A stretch of DNA of 64,000 bases from Octopus sinensis (taxonomy: Eukaryota): positions 92,504,001-92,568,000 of the forward strand of contig NC_043003.1 of the NCBI RefSeq assembly GCF_006345805.1. Reading direction: 5' to 3'. The notes beneath the pieces are model-generated. The model had not been told where the DNA came from. It searched no databases and saw nothing but the letters and a program-made list of their open reading frames with translations. Positions within the stretch are counted from its first letter, which is position 1. Each line of letters starts with the position of its first letter. Made by a program: the position numbers and the translations under genes. Positions 12,560 through 25,412 of the stretch are shown piece after piece.

Positions 12560-12880
12560 TTAAATAACACTAACATATTCAGTAACAATAATAAATTCAA
12601 TTTATCCTCGACAATTTTTAGTTTTACCCAATTTGAATATATCGCTCCTGTTTAAAACCTTTTACCTATTTGACAATTGCATTTCTAGCTCTGTCTTGAA
12701 GGAAGCTTTACTACTTGAACTCACATTTTTGTGCGCAACGATGTTGTTAAACCTCCGTTAACAGCACCGTATGAAGGTCCTTTCCGTTTTCTTTCACGCA
12801 CGGATAAATTTTCACTATAGACCTTTTTGGTCGTAAAGACACTGTATCAGTGAATAGACTAAAATAAGGCTTTATAGAGA
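12560..12880 (+). mobile_element. Ty3/Gypsy integrase C-terminal (GPY/F) remnant
   Basis: 12719-12880 reads THIFVRNDVVKPPLTAPYEGPFRFLSRTDK / FTIDLFGRKDTVSVNRLK, with one frameshift. No LTRs seen. Confidence 0.7.
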
Positions 12881-13200
12881 AAACTGTCCCTGTTCCCACA
12901 GCAGACGACACACACACACAGCATTACAAACACGGCTTGCACACCCATCTTCACATTCCATGGTTATCATTGGGATCGATCAGGTACCGGACAAGGATTC
13001 CGAATTATTTTTCCGGTTTTTTTTCCCTTATTTTTTGAGAGTGGTCGGGTTCATTTTTAGTATTCTCGTTTGTGAGTGCAGTCGAGTTTATTTCGGATAT
13101 TCTCATTTAAAAAATCATCTCCGGCTAATCGTTGTGACGACGTTAGTGTTCCCTTGGCGGAGGTTTGCCCTCTCTAGGTACTCTTATCCTTTTTAATCCT

Positions 13201-13316
13201 GATTCTTATTCTGTTGGTTTCTTTTGCTGAACCTATAAGTTACGGGGACGTAAACACTCTAACACCAGTTGTCAAGCAATGGTGGGAGACAAATACACAC
13301 ACACATATGTATATAC

Positions 13317-13367
<51 letters not shown>

Positions 13368-13528
13368 ACAACGGATGTCTTTCATTTTCCGTCCACCAAA
13401 TCCACTCACAAGGCTTTGGTCGGCCTGAGGCTATAGTAGAAGACATTTGCCCAAGGTGGCACGAAGCGGGACAGGACCAAGAACTGCGGGATTGGAAAGC
13501 AAGCTTCTTACCAGAGCTATGTTGCGCC
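13201..13528 (-). mobile_element. SINE family B (tRNA head + CCTTGGGCAAGTG CORE-like box + internal microsatellite + unique tail), partial
   Basis: Matches the other family B copies. Confidence 0.8.
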
Positions 13529-13573
13529 TATATATATATGTATACATAAACATACATAAACGTGTGTATGTAT

Positions 13574-13606
<33 letters not shown>

Positions 13607-13844
13607 CGCGCAGTTCGTAATCAATCCTTTATCCAAAATTCCGAAAACCTCCAAAATCCAAACTTTCATTCAAGTGAGTGAAGTGCAACAAATAGAATAT
13701 TCTTGTGAGGGCTTGGGTTATTTTAAAAAATAAAGCAAGTTGCTATAGGTGAACATAAAATCAGTTTGATTGCCTTACGCCCACAAACAAACGTTCAACC
13801 ACTTAAATTGCATAAGCTAAATCATTACATTATTAATAAATTAA

Positions 13845-14700
13845 CTAAAGCGGCGAACTGGTAGAATCGTTACCTCGCCGTTCAAAAATGCTTAGCGGCA
13901 TTTTAGGTTCTCAGTTCAAATTCCCCCGAGGTCGACTTTGCCTTTCATCCTTTCGGAGTCGATAAATTAAGTACCAGTTGCGTACTGGGGTCGATCTAAT
14001 CGACTAGCCCCCTCCACAAACATTTCGGGCCATGTGCCTAGAGTAGAAAAGAATAAATTGACTAAGGCGACAAGCTGGTAGAATCGTTACCGCACTGGTC
14101 AAAATATTTAGCGATATTTTTCGCTCTGAGTTCAAATTCCGCCGAGGTCGACTTTACCTTTCATCCTTTCGGGGTCGATAAAATAAGTACCAGATGTGTA
14201 CAGCGGTCGATGTAATCGACTATCCCCTTCCTTTAAATTCCAGGCCTTGTGCCTGTAGTAGAAAGGATTATTACTAAACTGACTAAGGCATCGACCTGGT
14301 AGAAACGTAACCGCGTCGGGTAAAATGCTCAGTGGCATTTCTTCCGGCACTTGATGTTCTGAGTTCGATTTCTGCCGAGGTTAACTTTGCCTCTCATTCT
14401 TTCGAGGTCGGTAAAATATGTTCCAGCTGTTCCTGGGGGGGGGGGATGAAATCGCCAAGCTCCACCCCCTCCTCCAAAATGATTCACGTCTTATGCTTGT
14501 TGTAGAAAGAATTATTCATAAACTGACTGAAGCGATAGATTGGCAGAACCAGTTACAGCGTCGGTTAAAATGTCATATGATATTTATTCCGGCTTTTCAC
14601 GCCATGTTTCAATTTAGCAGGGTCGACCAAATAAAGTACCAATCAAGCACTGGTATCGATACAATCAACTGCCTCTCCTTCCCCGCCAAAAATATCTGAC
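13845..14700 (+). repeat. Head-to-tail array of four SINE A copies
   Basis: Heads at ~13846, 14075, 14286 and 14530, each preceded by a shared TAAA(T/C)TGACTAAGGC-like linker. Confidence 0.75.
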
Positions 14701-15040
14701 CTTGTTATGTAAGAAATTACTGTTAGTAGATTAGCTCAGTAGAACGTGATGAATATTGCACGAGATACTGTCATCTTTTCAAGCAAATCTTAATTAATAT
14801 GCGACCTTGTCCCGTTTTGTAATATCTTGTTTTTATTTGTTGTATATTCTTATTATTAGTTCCTTTGTTGTTTTTAGGTACTGGGATATAGGTACTTTTT
14901 CAGTTCCCAATAACAGGGAGATATAAAAACAAATAAAGAGATAATTTGAAACTACAGAATATAAATATTCTCTCGCTATTTTTCTCTCTTCCCTTTTTCT
15001 TTCTTTCTTTCTGTCTTTCTTTCTTTATTTATTTCTCCTT

Positions 15041-15078
<38 letters not shown>

Positions 15079-15493
15079 TCTCTCTCTCTCTCACTCACAC
15101 ACTCATTCCCCTGCGCACGCTAGACCATGAACTGAAGCTAGTTAGACATGACGTGTGAACATACTGTATATTTTAATGAATAATTATACGAATTAATTAA
15201 TATGGTAGTGGAAGCACTAAATAGCTAATTAGAAATAATTGCACCAAGAGAAATAAAATGTAATACTAGAATATCTACTATAACAATATCCTTGTGTCTT
15301 CGTCTGTCACCTCATATGAATGAGAAAGGAATAGATGAGTAAGGAAGGAAGGAAGGAGCGATGGCGAACTGGTAGTGGAATAATGGAAATTCTACGGTGA
15401 AAAAAATCAAACAGCGTTTCAACTCTGTGTGAGTATATGTATGTGTGTGCGTGTACAAGGAAAGTATGTGAAAGGTTGTCTGTGAGAACCAAC

Positions 15494-16091
15494 GTTCTTT
15501 CAGTAATTAACGATGATTGATGTCACATCTCAACGGACAACCACTAGGTAACATTGACAAGTGTATTAATTTGATTTACCATCCCTATTCTGTTTTGTTA
15601 CAAATAATTATTACGATCACACACACCCACACAAACATATACAATTTCATTAGAGAAAATAATTATTGCCTGAGTGTATCAAGAATATAAAACGACTGCA
15701 ATTGAAAAGTATATCATGAATACACATCTTAATTTAACAGTTTATACATGTCCTTAATTTATTTATATTAAGAAATTTTTACCCAGTGTATTTTATAATG
15801 GTGTTCTTTCAGTAATTAACGATGATCGTTGTCTCATCTCAAAATACAACCACTAAATAACATTGAGAAGTGTATTAATTTGATTTATCATCCATATTCT
15901 ATCTGTTGTGTCACAAATGATTATTACAATCACACACATATACATAAATATATACATATACAAGCTCATTATAGAAAATACTTATTGCCTGAGTGTATCA
16001 AGAAAATATAACGACTGCGGTTGAAACGTTATGTCATAAATACACATTTAACAGTTCATATATGTACCTAATTTATTTATATTAAGAAATT
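15494..16091 (+). repeat. Tandem duplication of a ~300-bp unit
   Basis: 15494-15780 and 15803-16091 both run GTTCTTTCAGTAATTAACGATGAT...TATTGCCTGAGTGTATCAAGA...TTTATATTAAGAAATTT. Confidence 0.85.
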
Positions 16092-16189
16092 TATGTAATA
16101 AATTATGAATAGGGAGTTTTTACAATATCAACTCTAAGTCACGGACTGCTTTTTGTAGCTTTAAGCCGTATGAGTTTACGTTGGTTTGA

Positions 16190-16769
16190 GTAATGGAGAG
16201 CGCAATTGAAAAGAAACGTCGCTTCGAAAAAGTTGGTATTTACTTGCCAGCTCCTGTATTTAGTCACGGCCAGCTTTATGTGGTCTTGATTCGTACAAGA
16301 AGGAAGGAAAACTTAATTTTGTTTTTAAGGAAACAAGCATTCAAGTTAGTTGCGGATAGATTTTTTCACAAAAAATTTGGTAATAAAAGAATTATTAAAC
16401 TAAAAACTTGGTTTTGTACCTTATCTCTCTCTATATAAACAGCAAAATGTCTGCGTGCGTGTCCTTTATACAAATCCACAATTTTTCAGTTAGAGGGCTC
16501 GCACTTTCTATGGTCATTCAAAACCGTCCAAGGGTGGTCGAGCACATCTTTACATTTCCCCAGTCACCCCGCAAAGCCATTAAAAAATCAATAGAAGTGA
16601 CATTTTTGTGAATTTTCTATCCAAAAACCCAATCAAAATGCCCGAAACTTGATACGCCAGTTGAATGCCAGCTAGCTGTATATGATTGGTCGGAGATTTG
16701 GACAGTACTGGCGTGTATGTGTGCACGCACGCAGTTGTATATGCATACGTTGCCGGGTCATAGTGCTAG
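16190..16769 (+). mobile_element. Helitron 3' remnant (RepHel helicase motif VI plus CTAG end)
   Basis: FEKVGIYLPAPVFSHGQLYV matches the PIF1-like helicase C-terminal motif. Terminal ACGTTGCCGGG...TGCTAG|T with CTAG at 16766-16769. Confidence 0.75.
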
Positions 16770-17010
16770 TTTATATATAAAATACTACAATTAGCTGTCA
16801 TTTTTTACGGCACGGTGCCAGCTAATATGATTAATATTATTATTTAGATATTATTTCGGACAACTTTGAATATGGCTTAGTCCTATGAACCTAATCAGTG
16901 GAGTGTAAGTTTCACCCTAATTGACGAAATAGTAATGGCAGAATCATGAAATTTCACGAACAAGATTGTACATGATTGACGCAGAAATACATGTACAAGA
17001 TTGTAAAATG

Positions 17011-17042
<32 letters not shown>

Positions 17043-17566
17043 ATTTGGCTCAAAAGCAAATAGCAAGGCCATGTAGGGAGACATGGAGTTAAGTACAGGG
17101 TGGTGTTCATGTAAAGAGTTCAGGCCACTTAAGGTCAAGGGAGGCTTTGAACAAAGCGGTCGTCGGCATCTTCACCATCTCGTCTGGCAGCTTGTTCCAC
17201 GGATCCGCAACCCGGACGGAGAAAGCTCCTCTCCTTCGATTGAGATGAAATCGTCGCAGGTAGAGCTTTTCGGAATGACCCCGCAGCCGACGCTCTGGAG
17301 CAGGAGTGAAGAACAGCTCTTTCGAGAGGTTACACTTTCCGCTTATGATGTTGTGGGTGAGAATGAGATCACCACGGCGGCGGCGTTTTTCAAGAGAATA
17401 AAGGTCGAGCGTCCTCAGCCTTTCTTCATAGGACAAATTTTTGAGACCATGAACCATGCGGGTAGCCAGCTTCTGGACTCTTTCGAGATGCTGTATGTCT
17501 TTGAGGAGATAAAGAGAAGAGGCTTGAATCTCGTACTCCAATACGGCGGAGAAAATACTGTTTCGT
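17011..17566 (-). mobile_element. 5'-truncated CR1 LINE with (CTAA)n tail
   Basis: ORF 17107-17541: LERVQKLATRMVHGLKNLSYEERLRTLDLYSLEKRRRRGDLI...RGH...FSVRVADPWNKLP. Short 3'UTR, then (TAAC)n at 17011-17043. Confidence 0.9.
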
Positions 17567-17721
17567 GAATTGAAATTCTGTGTTGAAACTGGCTTAGTTG
17601 TTTTCTAATTGAAACCTGTTTTAGGTTCGTGGGTGGTTTCGTTCACCATTTTTCAGTCAAAATATTTTGATTTGTTTTTTTGTTTCGATATTTCATGTGC
17701 TATTATCTATATTTCTTTTGA

Positions 17722-17940
17722 AGGCAGTGAGTCGGCAGAAACGTTAGCATTTCGGACAAAATGCCTGGCGGCATTTTTTCTGCACGTTCTGAATGCGAAT
17801 TTCGCTGAGGCCGATTTTGCTTTTCATCCTTTCAGAGTCGATAAAATAAGTACAAGTTGAGCACTGGAGTCGATGTAATCCACTAACCCCAACCCACCTG
17901 AAATTGCTGGCTTTGTGTCAAAATTCGAAAACATTATTTG
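17722..17940 (+). mobile_element. SINE A, diverged
   Basis: Head and body similarity. Confidence 0.7.
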
Positions 17941-18428
17941 TCGCTAATTTGCATTTTTGTTTTTCATTATGAATTAAAAGCTGCGCTAATGTTGTAAACA
18001 TTATCGACCGCATATACACACTATGTGTTTTACTTGTTCGCCGGTTCGCTGCGGACAGCGCTCTGAGAAGGACTTCTTCTTAGCACTGAGTGTTAAAACA
18101 TCTAAAAGTCATAGACAGGCGAGACAACTCACTCCCAGGAACTATGAATACCGATATATTTCCATTGGGGGGGGGGTATCAACATTACGTACTAGAATAG
18201 GACCCAGAACGAACTGAATTGCTAGTCTACGACTATATCTACACAAAGAGCGTGAGAACCATTTGCTAGTGTGTCAGGACGATGTCCCATAAGATTAAAT
18301 TCCATTCAGACCACTTTGTAAAGAGGCTTACTTTATAATTCCACAATGCTTCAAATATACGATCCAATACGACCAGGAACAATTACTAGTTATTGTTGTT
18401 TTATAGGTAACATGATGTGGTATAATCA

Positions 18429-18734
18429 GTTGTTTATTTGTTGTTGTTTGTTCCTTCTCGAGCCATGCCTGGCCGGTTTCCCGTTTCTTGGCGTATAGGT
18501 TCCCCACCTGGACGAAATGCCGGTCCGTCGCAGGTGAGCTGCAAGATGCAGGAGGAAAGAGTGAGAGAAAGTTGTAGCGAAAGAATCAGCAGAATTTTCG
18601 CCATTACCTTCTGCCGGAGCTGCGTGGAGCTTAGGTGTTTCGCTCATAAGCACACACATCGCTCGGTCTGAGAGTCGAACCCGCGATCCCTCGACCTTGA
18701 GTCGGCTGCTCTAACCACTAGGCCATGTGCCTCC
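18429..18734 (-). mobile_element. SINE family C (tRNA-derived; V/Meta-type central box; CAA tail), full length
   Basis: Reverse complement of 20534-20836. Head GGAGGCACATGGCCTAGTGGTTAGAGCAGC...GGTTCGACTC; central CTGCGACGGACCGGC...CGTCCAGGTG. Confidence 0.85.
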
Positions 18735-19234
18735 ACAGTGGTTTATTGACCTTATTGGAAAGGAATTGATCATCAGTCCTATTAAGCAAACTTATGATCA
18801 AAGACGTTCCAATCATTAGCACCCAGTCGTTAATTTAGCAGTAGTGTATTAAGGACAGTAACATGTTCTCACTTTTTAAAAAGATAATAGTGTGTGATCT
18901 GAAGGGGTACGATGAGGTCCGCCTTAACAGCATTAAACACCCCCGGGCAAATTAATGCACTGGGCTCTATTATATTGATTTATTGACACTAAACCACAGC
19001 ATACACATATCGGAATTGAGCCCCTAGATACAGCTTAATGTTGATCGCGTGGACCGATGACTTAAGGCGTTCCAGCTATGACCATTCTGTCTTTTTCCCA
19101 CGTTACAGGAAATCTAGAACCTCACTATCCAACACTTCTTCCTTCAGCCAGTACGATGTAATTCGTGGAAGGTTTTATTGCTATCTCTAACTGGTCCGAT
19201 GTGCATGTAGAGACTGTTTCTATGGTTTGATACG

Positions 19235-19465
19235 TGGGCGAGCTGGCAGAAACGTTAGCACACCGGGCGAAATGCTTAGCGGTATTGCGTCTGTCGTTGC
19301 GTTCTGAGTTCAAATTCCGCCGAGGTCGACTTTGCCTTTCATCCTTTCGGGGTCGATAAATTAAGTACCAGTTACGCACTGGGGTTGATGTAATCGACTT
19401 AATCCGTTTGTCTGTCCTTGTTTGTCCCCTCTATGTTTAGCCCCTTGTGGGCAATAAAGAAACAG
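19235..19465 (+). mobile_element. SINE A, full length
   Basis: Near-identical to 10458-10690. Confidence 0.85.
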
Positions 19466-20045
19466 ATATGTGGGCGTTTGTGCTTGTGTCTGAGTTAGCT
19501 TCTCGTCTGTGTATTAGAGACGGAACAATTCATAAAATGATGGCCACTTCTAGAATGTATCTGTTCTATCAGATTGACAATAACAACGACAAACTAGTAT
19601 TAGGTCTGTGAAGAGATTTTATGACCAACTGAAAATTCTCTTTAACTGTCTACACAGACACTACTTATATTTTAATACCACTGAGGACATAACGAAACCG
19701 GATAGAATAATTTGTACATATAACACATTTTCTGCAGTCGTATCGATATATAATTACTGGTGCGTTTACAATGATTTCTGAAAGCTATAATTTACTACAT
19801 AACCATAGATTTTAGTCAATATTTTAGAAAAATGACTACATATAGACAAACACACTAAAACGCATACACACAGAAACATGTTAATACGAACATGTAAACA
19901 ACGTATGAAGAAACATGTTTATGCAGAAAGTAGTAATATTAGTCATGGCTGTGTGGTTAAGACGTTCGCTTCCCAACCACGTGGTTTCACGTTCAGTCTC
20001 AATGTATGACGCTTTCGGCAAGTGTCTTCTACTATAGTGCCAGGC

Positions 20046-20347
20046 CGTATATATGTACCGGTGTACTTCCGGAAGTACCGGATACATTTAAAAAAAGTGG
20101 GGTTTTTTATATATGGGGGTTAGGGTTAGGGTTAGGGTTTGTGTTAGGGTTGGGTTAGGGATGGGAGAAAAGGGTTTCTGTTATCTTCAGAAAAGTAAAC
20201 AAAGTCACGTGTGTACATATACCGAAGCATCGCCACATACTCTAACCCTAATACAAACCCTAACCCTAACCCCCCATATATATAAAAAAAAAAACACTTT
20301 TTTGAAATGTATCCGGTACTTCCGGAAGTACACCGGTACATATACCG
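20046..20347. mobile_element. Foldback MITE with ~110-bp TIRs containing (TTAGGG)n, nested in a SINE B head
   Basis: TATATGTACCGGTGTACTTCCGGAAGTACCGGATACATTT...TTAGGG runs on the left and the reverse complement on the right. SINE B sequence resumes on both flanks. Confidence 0.85.
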
Positions 20348-20533
20348 TAAGATCGCCAAGTCTTGTAAATGAATTTGGGATGCACACGCGCGTATATCTG
20401 TGTATATATGAGTTTGTATTTCCCTTAACTTCACGTGTGTTCGCAAACTGACGGTGGAGTTTGTTTCTAGTTCTCCGCATAAAACATATTCTGGCTGTTT
20501 GATAGACTGGGAGATTATTACTCCGTCTTATGA

Positions 20534-20836
20534 GGAGGCACATGGCCTAGTGGTTAGAGCAGCAGATTCGCAGTCGAGGGATCACGGGTTCAAATCTCAG
20601 ACCGGGTGATGTGTGTGCTTATGAGCGAAACACCTAAGCTCCACGTGGCTCCAGCAAAAGGTAATGGCGAACTTCTGCTGACTCTTTCGCCACAACTTTC
20701 TCTCACTCTTTCCTTCTGCATCTTGCAGCTCACCTGCGACGGACCGGCGTCCCGTCCAGGTGAGGAACCTATACGCCAAGGAAACCGGGAAATCGGCCCT
20801 TATGAGCCAGGCATGACTCGAGAAGGAACAAAAAAA
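20534..20836 (+). mobile_element. SINE C, full length
   Basis: See 18429-18734. Confidence 0.85.
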
Positions 20837-21049
20837 GAACTCCGTTCTGAAATAAATGCAGATTAGAGACAAGAAGGGAAGAGGTACTCGATGTCATGGA
20901 ACCTGATACTTGATAGGTACTTTATTTTATTGATCTCGAAAGGATGAAAAGCAAAACTGACATCGATGGGACAAAAATAAAAACACCAGAAGAAATACTG
21001 AAAAATCATCTATTCTGACGCTCTATCGATTCTGTCAACTACCTGTCCT

Positions 21050-21288
21050 TACTCTCTTTTACTCTTTTACTTGTTTCAGTCATTTGACTGTGACCATGCT
21101 GGAGCACCGCCTTTAGTCGAGCAAATCGCCCCCAGGACTTATTCTTTGTAAGCTTAGTACTCATTCTATCGGTCTCTTTTGCCGAACCGCTAAGTTATGG
21201 GGACGTAAACACACCAGCATCGGTTATCAAGTGATGTTGGGGGGACAAACACAGACACAACAAACATACACACATACATACATAATAT

Positions 21289-21338
<50 letters not shown>

Positions 21339-21359
21339 CATACACATACATACATATAC

Positions 21360-21422
<63 letters not shown>

Positions 21423-21601
21423 GGGAAGCTTTATGAAAATAAACAAAAGACGAAGGCAGGTGGAGTACAAACAAACAATTGTATTAGTATGGCGCTCAGG
21501 ATATAAATAAAACAAGTCTTTTACGTTTCGAGCCTACGCTCTTCAACAGAAAGATACACAGAAAAGAACACGGAGAGAAACAAGGAGAAAAATGCGTGCA
21601 G

Positions 21602-21633
<32 letters not shown>

Positions 21634-21641
21634 ATATATAT

Positions 21642-21673
<32 letters not shown>

Positions 21674-21835
21674 CGACGGGCTTCTTTCAGTTTCCGTCTA
21701 CCAAATCCACTCACAAGGCTTTGGTCGGCCCGAGTTATAGTAGAAGACACTTGCCCAAGGTGCCACGCAGTGGGACTGAACCCAGAACCATGTAGTTCGT
21801 AAGCAAGCTACTTATTACACAGCCACTCCTACGCC
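21050..21835 (-). mobile_element. SINE B, full length, with expanded (TA)n core and a nested ~180-bp insert (21420-21600)
   Basis: Tail 21050-21270, microsatellite, insert, microsatellite, head 21673-21835. Confidence 0.85.
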
Positions 21836-22299
21836 TACCTTCTTTTTTATAATCTTTTTCACTATAGGCACAGGACCTGAAATTTTCGGTGAGAGGTTAG
21901 TTAATTGCACTGACTCCAGTATTTGGTTGACACTTCATTTATTGATCCCGAAAAGATAAAAGGAAAATTCGACTTCGGCAGTATTTTAACTCTCAACGTA
22001 AAGAACCTGAAGAAAAGCTGCTAAGCATTTTGTCTAGCGCTCTAACGATTTTACCAGCTCATCATCTTCCTTCTCTTTAATAGTAAGAGAATAATAAAAA
22101 AAGACAATACATCGAGTTATAATACTTCATGTGTGAAACAATTAAACCATTCTCATCGCAGTTCCATGACCTCTAGGATATTTGAACTTCTTGTTTTGAC
22201 CTCTGAAATATGTGAATCTGTTGTTGACTTGTTACGTTGTCCAACGGAAATTGAAGGAACGAAAGACAAAAGTCAAAGGAAGAAGACCCAAAAAGTATA

Positions 22300-24250
22300 T
22301 AAATAAATATAAATAATCGCGAGAAAGGTCACCAGAGAATTCAGATATCGGTTAAGGTCAGTGAACAATAAATGATGTTTGACGAAAATAACTTCAATAT
22401 ATGCAGTATTTCTCTCACGGTGAATGAAGCCTTCAAGTCAAACACGAAATGTTTTTACCTCCATATTCCTCTTAGAGTTCGTCCACGTATATAGTTGAGT
22501 GTGGTGGTGTGGGGTGCAGTTGTCTGCTATCTGATTTACTAAGCAGTAGCAATGTCTATAAGCTTTTCCAGGCTGGAGTTGTAACAATAATAAAGGCAAG
22601 AAGAAAAACGACTATCTGATCATAATTCACATAATCAATTTAGTCAATCTCTCTAAATCCGTCTGACAGATTGAATGGCAGAGATTATTAATTGGAGGAC
22701 AGGGAGGATCACCCAAATAGACACAGCAGTGATTTTTAATTGACAGACATAGGTGAAGACTTATGACTAATTTGAACAACTAGATAACTCTGATTGTTAA
22801 CAAACGGACCGAGGTTAATTAATGATGGCCTACCTTTTAAGACCAACATGTGGAAATGTAATTGTTTGCTTTTTTAATAATCCCGCTATTGGAATATTAG
22901 CCATATGCTTATATATATGTTAATTTTAAATAAATGCTTATAAATAAGCAGCCTAATAGGGAATTCTTAACTCATTTGTAAACGATTTTAAAATTATGTT
23001 TTGTGATACTAAGTGGTATGTAATTAAATATCACCAAAGAAAACCCCCATCTTTTTTGAGATCATGTTAAACTTTAAAATTTCTTTGACAAATTGAGCGA
23101 CTTTTCATTAAAATATTTGAGAGAGTTATTTTTCTGTGGTGAGAGGACATAGGGTGCAAATGTGACATCAGGAGAGCTAGAATGGAATTTGGTACTAAAG
23201 AGCATTAACAGAGTATTCGTTGTTTTTGATAGTCATTGAAATTTGATTCACTCTGCTTATTTTGAGTTAGGAATAGGCAATTCTTTTGTCCTGTGATATC
23301 GCCTGGGGTAAAAAGACATTGAGTGACATAAAGTCAGATTATTTTGCTGTTCGTTTAGCCTGCAAGTTATTGTGTATAAAAGACATAATAGGATATGGTT
23401 ATTAACGAAATGGAGTGATCGCTTAATGGTGAGAAAGATGTGGTTATGTAACCGAAGGAAGTGGGATTGGTAGCCAGGAGTGCTAGGTGTTGCAAGTTTT
23501 ATGCCACTGTATATGGAAATGGATATGTTAGCTTTTTACTTGGATAGGAGTAATGAAGACCAGCTAGACGTAGAAGATTAGAAGCCATACTGAAAATGAC
23601 TTTCATACAGAAGGGTGGGGAGAAATAAATAAAGAAATAAAGAAAGAGGGAGAGAAAGAGAGAGAGAGAGAGAAGGCATTTGTAGCTTATAAAAAACTAG
23701 GAAGGATCAAATGAACTGAGGAATAAGAGGATGCCTTTACTAATAGAATCTAGCGAAATTTACCGGAGACGAGCTAGAAAGAGTAGTTAAACTACGGCTC
23801 ATGACAGACTTCTCTGATCACATTTCAACGGGATTGTAACAAATAATAGACAATGAGACTATGACTGAAGGAGAATTAGTGACTAGAACCAGGGTGTTAA
23901 CGTCGTACAGTTTGCTGTGAGCATGTTGCCGAAGCGTGAGGACAGAAGTGATGAAATGAGCTCTGAGGAAGATGTTTCTTGTTCGGAGTATGACATAAAC
24001 GAATAGGGAGAAGGAGTCTCATGTTGTTTTCAGTATAGAGTGACACTTCAAATTTACCATTTGATTTCAGTTGGGTGAAAGTGTGATTTGTATTGGTTGC
24101 CTAGGTTTGATAGCTTCGTAAGCATTTTCTAGAGATTAAAGCTGAAAATATAGTGTAAAATTATGCATGAAGACAGATGACAAGGACACGAGACTGTAAT
24201 GGCTTTCGCTGGGTTATGTACACTCAATACGTAAGAGATTGTGGAATGTT
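22300..24250 (-). mobile_element. Highly decayed LINE-like remnant (clade uncertain); a similar scrap may lie at ~26160-26400
   Basis: Only scattered, broken RT-like words on the minus strand; KKATRLIG near 26240. No long ORF. Confidence 0.3.
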
Positions 24251-24284
24251 TTAGGAGATTATCAGTGTTGTTTCTCCAATATAT

Positions 24285-24665
24285 ACTCTTTTGCTCTTTT
24301 ACTTGTTTCAGTCATTTGACTACGGCCATGCTGGAGCACAGCCTTTAGTCGAGCAAATCGCCCCCAGGACTTATTCTTTGTAAGCCTAAGTACTTATTCT
24401 ATCGGGAACGCAAACACACCAGCATCGGTTGTCAAGCGATGTTGGGGGGGACAATCACAGACACACAAACACACACAAACACATATACATATACATATGT
24501 ACGACGGGCTTCTTTTCAGTTTCCGTCTACCAAATCCACTCACAAGGCTTTGGTCGGCCCGAGGCTATAGTAGAAGACACTTGCCCAAGGTGCCACGCAG
24601 TGGGACTGAACCCGGAACCATGTGGTTGGTATGCAAGCTACTTACCACACAGCCACTCCTGCGCC
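24285..24665 (-). mobile_element. SINE B, full length, short core
   Basis: Tail and head match the other copies. Confidence 0.85.
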
Positions 24666-25412
24666 TATATGGACAGAGATAGCGAAAATAATTCAATATC
24701 TTTAATGTAAACAACCCGGAAATACCATACTTCGGTCAAATCTAAAACCACATTGCATCTCAACCGTTGCAATGTTTCGATTTGAGCAGCAAAATGTTGC
24801 TACACAGTATATTCATAAATAGAAAATGGAATGTTGTGGTGGTGTACGTACAATCATTAGCATAGACATCGTTGTGGAAGTTTGTGCTTTTAAAAAGTAG
24901 TCGACCAGAGTCACAAAGAAACCTATATGGATTAAAACTAAATATAAATTTACTTTCAATTTTGGACAACAATTCCGCGTTTCCTTTTGGGTCTACAAAG
25001 GCAGTACATCCAAAATTTTAAAAGAAGGTGCAGAGTAAAATGTATAATTACTCATTTACATGTAATTATTCAGTTACGTGTATCTTAATTGAGAGATGAA
25101 ACTGAGAAAATGAGCTTGTTGTTAGTTAATAACATCGATTTACTGAGAGGACAGACCTTTCAAAACCCTAGGACCCGTGGAAAATTAAGTTAAATAAAAG
25201 AATTCCTTTTATTAAAAATATACTAAACTTTCCAGTTTTTGTTATATTGTATACTAACTCTGCAAATATGATTCACCAAAACATTCAATTAGTATGTATG
25301 CTTCATTTAAAATAAAACATTAAAACATCTACATGCATCTGATTACAATGTGCAGATGTACTTCACGAGGACAAAGCTTTGATTATTTGCAGTATATATA
25401 TATATATATATA

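Noticed and set aside
17083-17568. 161-aa plus-strand ORF (also 3260-3700 and 48060-48296)
   Set aside because: Antisense shadows of LINE coding sequence.
18660-20600. SINE heads as tRNA genes
   Set aside because: A/B boxes are present, but there is no complete cloverleaf and they continue into multicopy SINE bodies.
24760-24972. 70-aa ORF in unique sequence as a host exon
   Set aside because: No recognisable domain or convincing splice sites; the length is compatible with chance.
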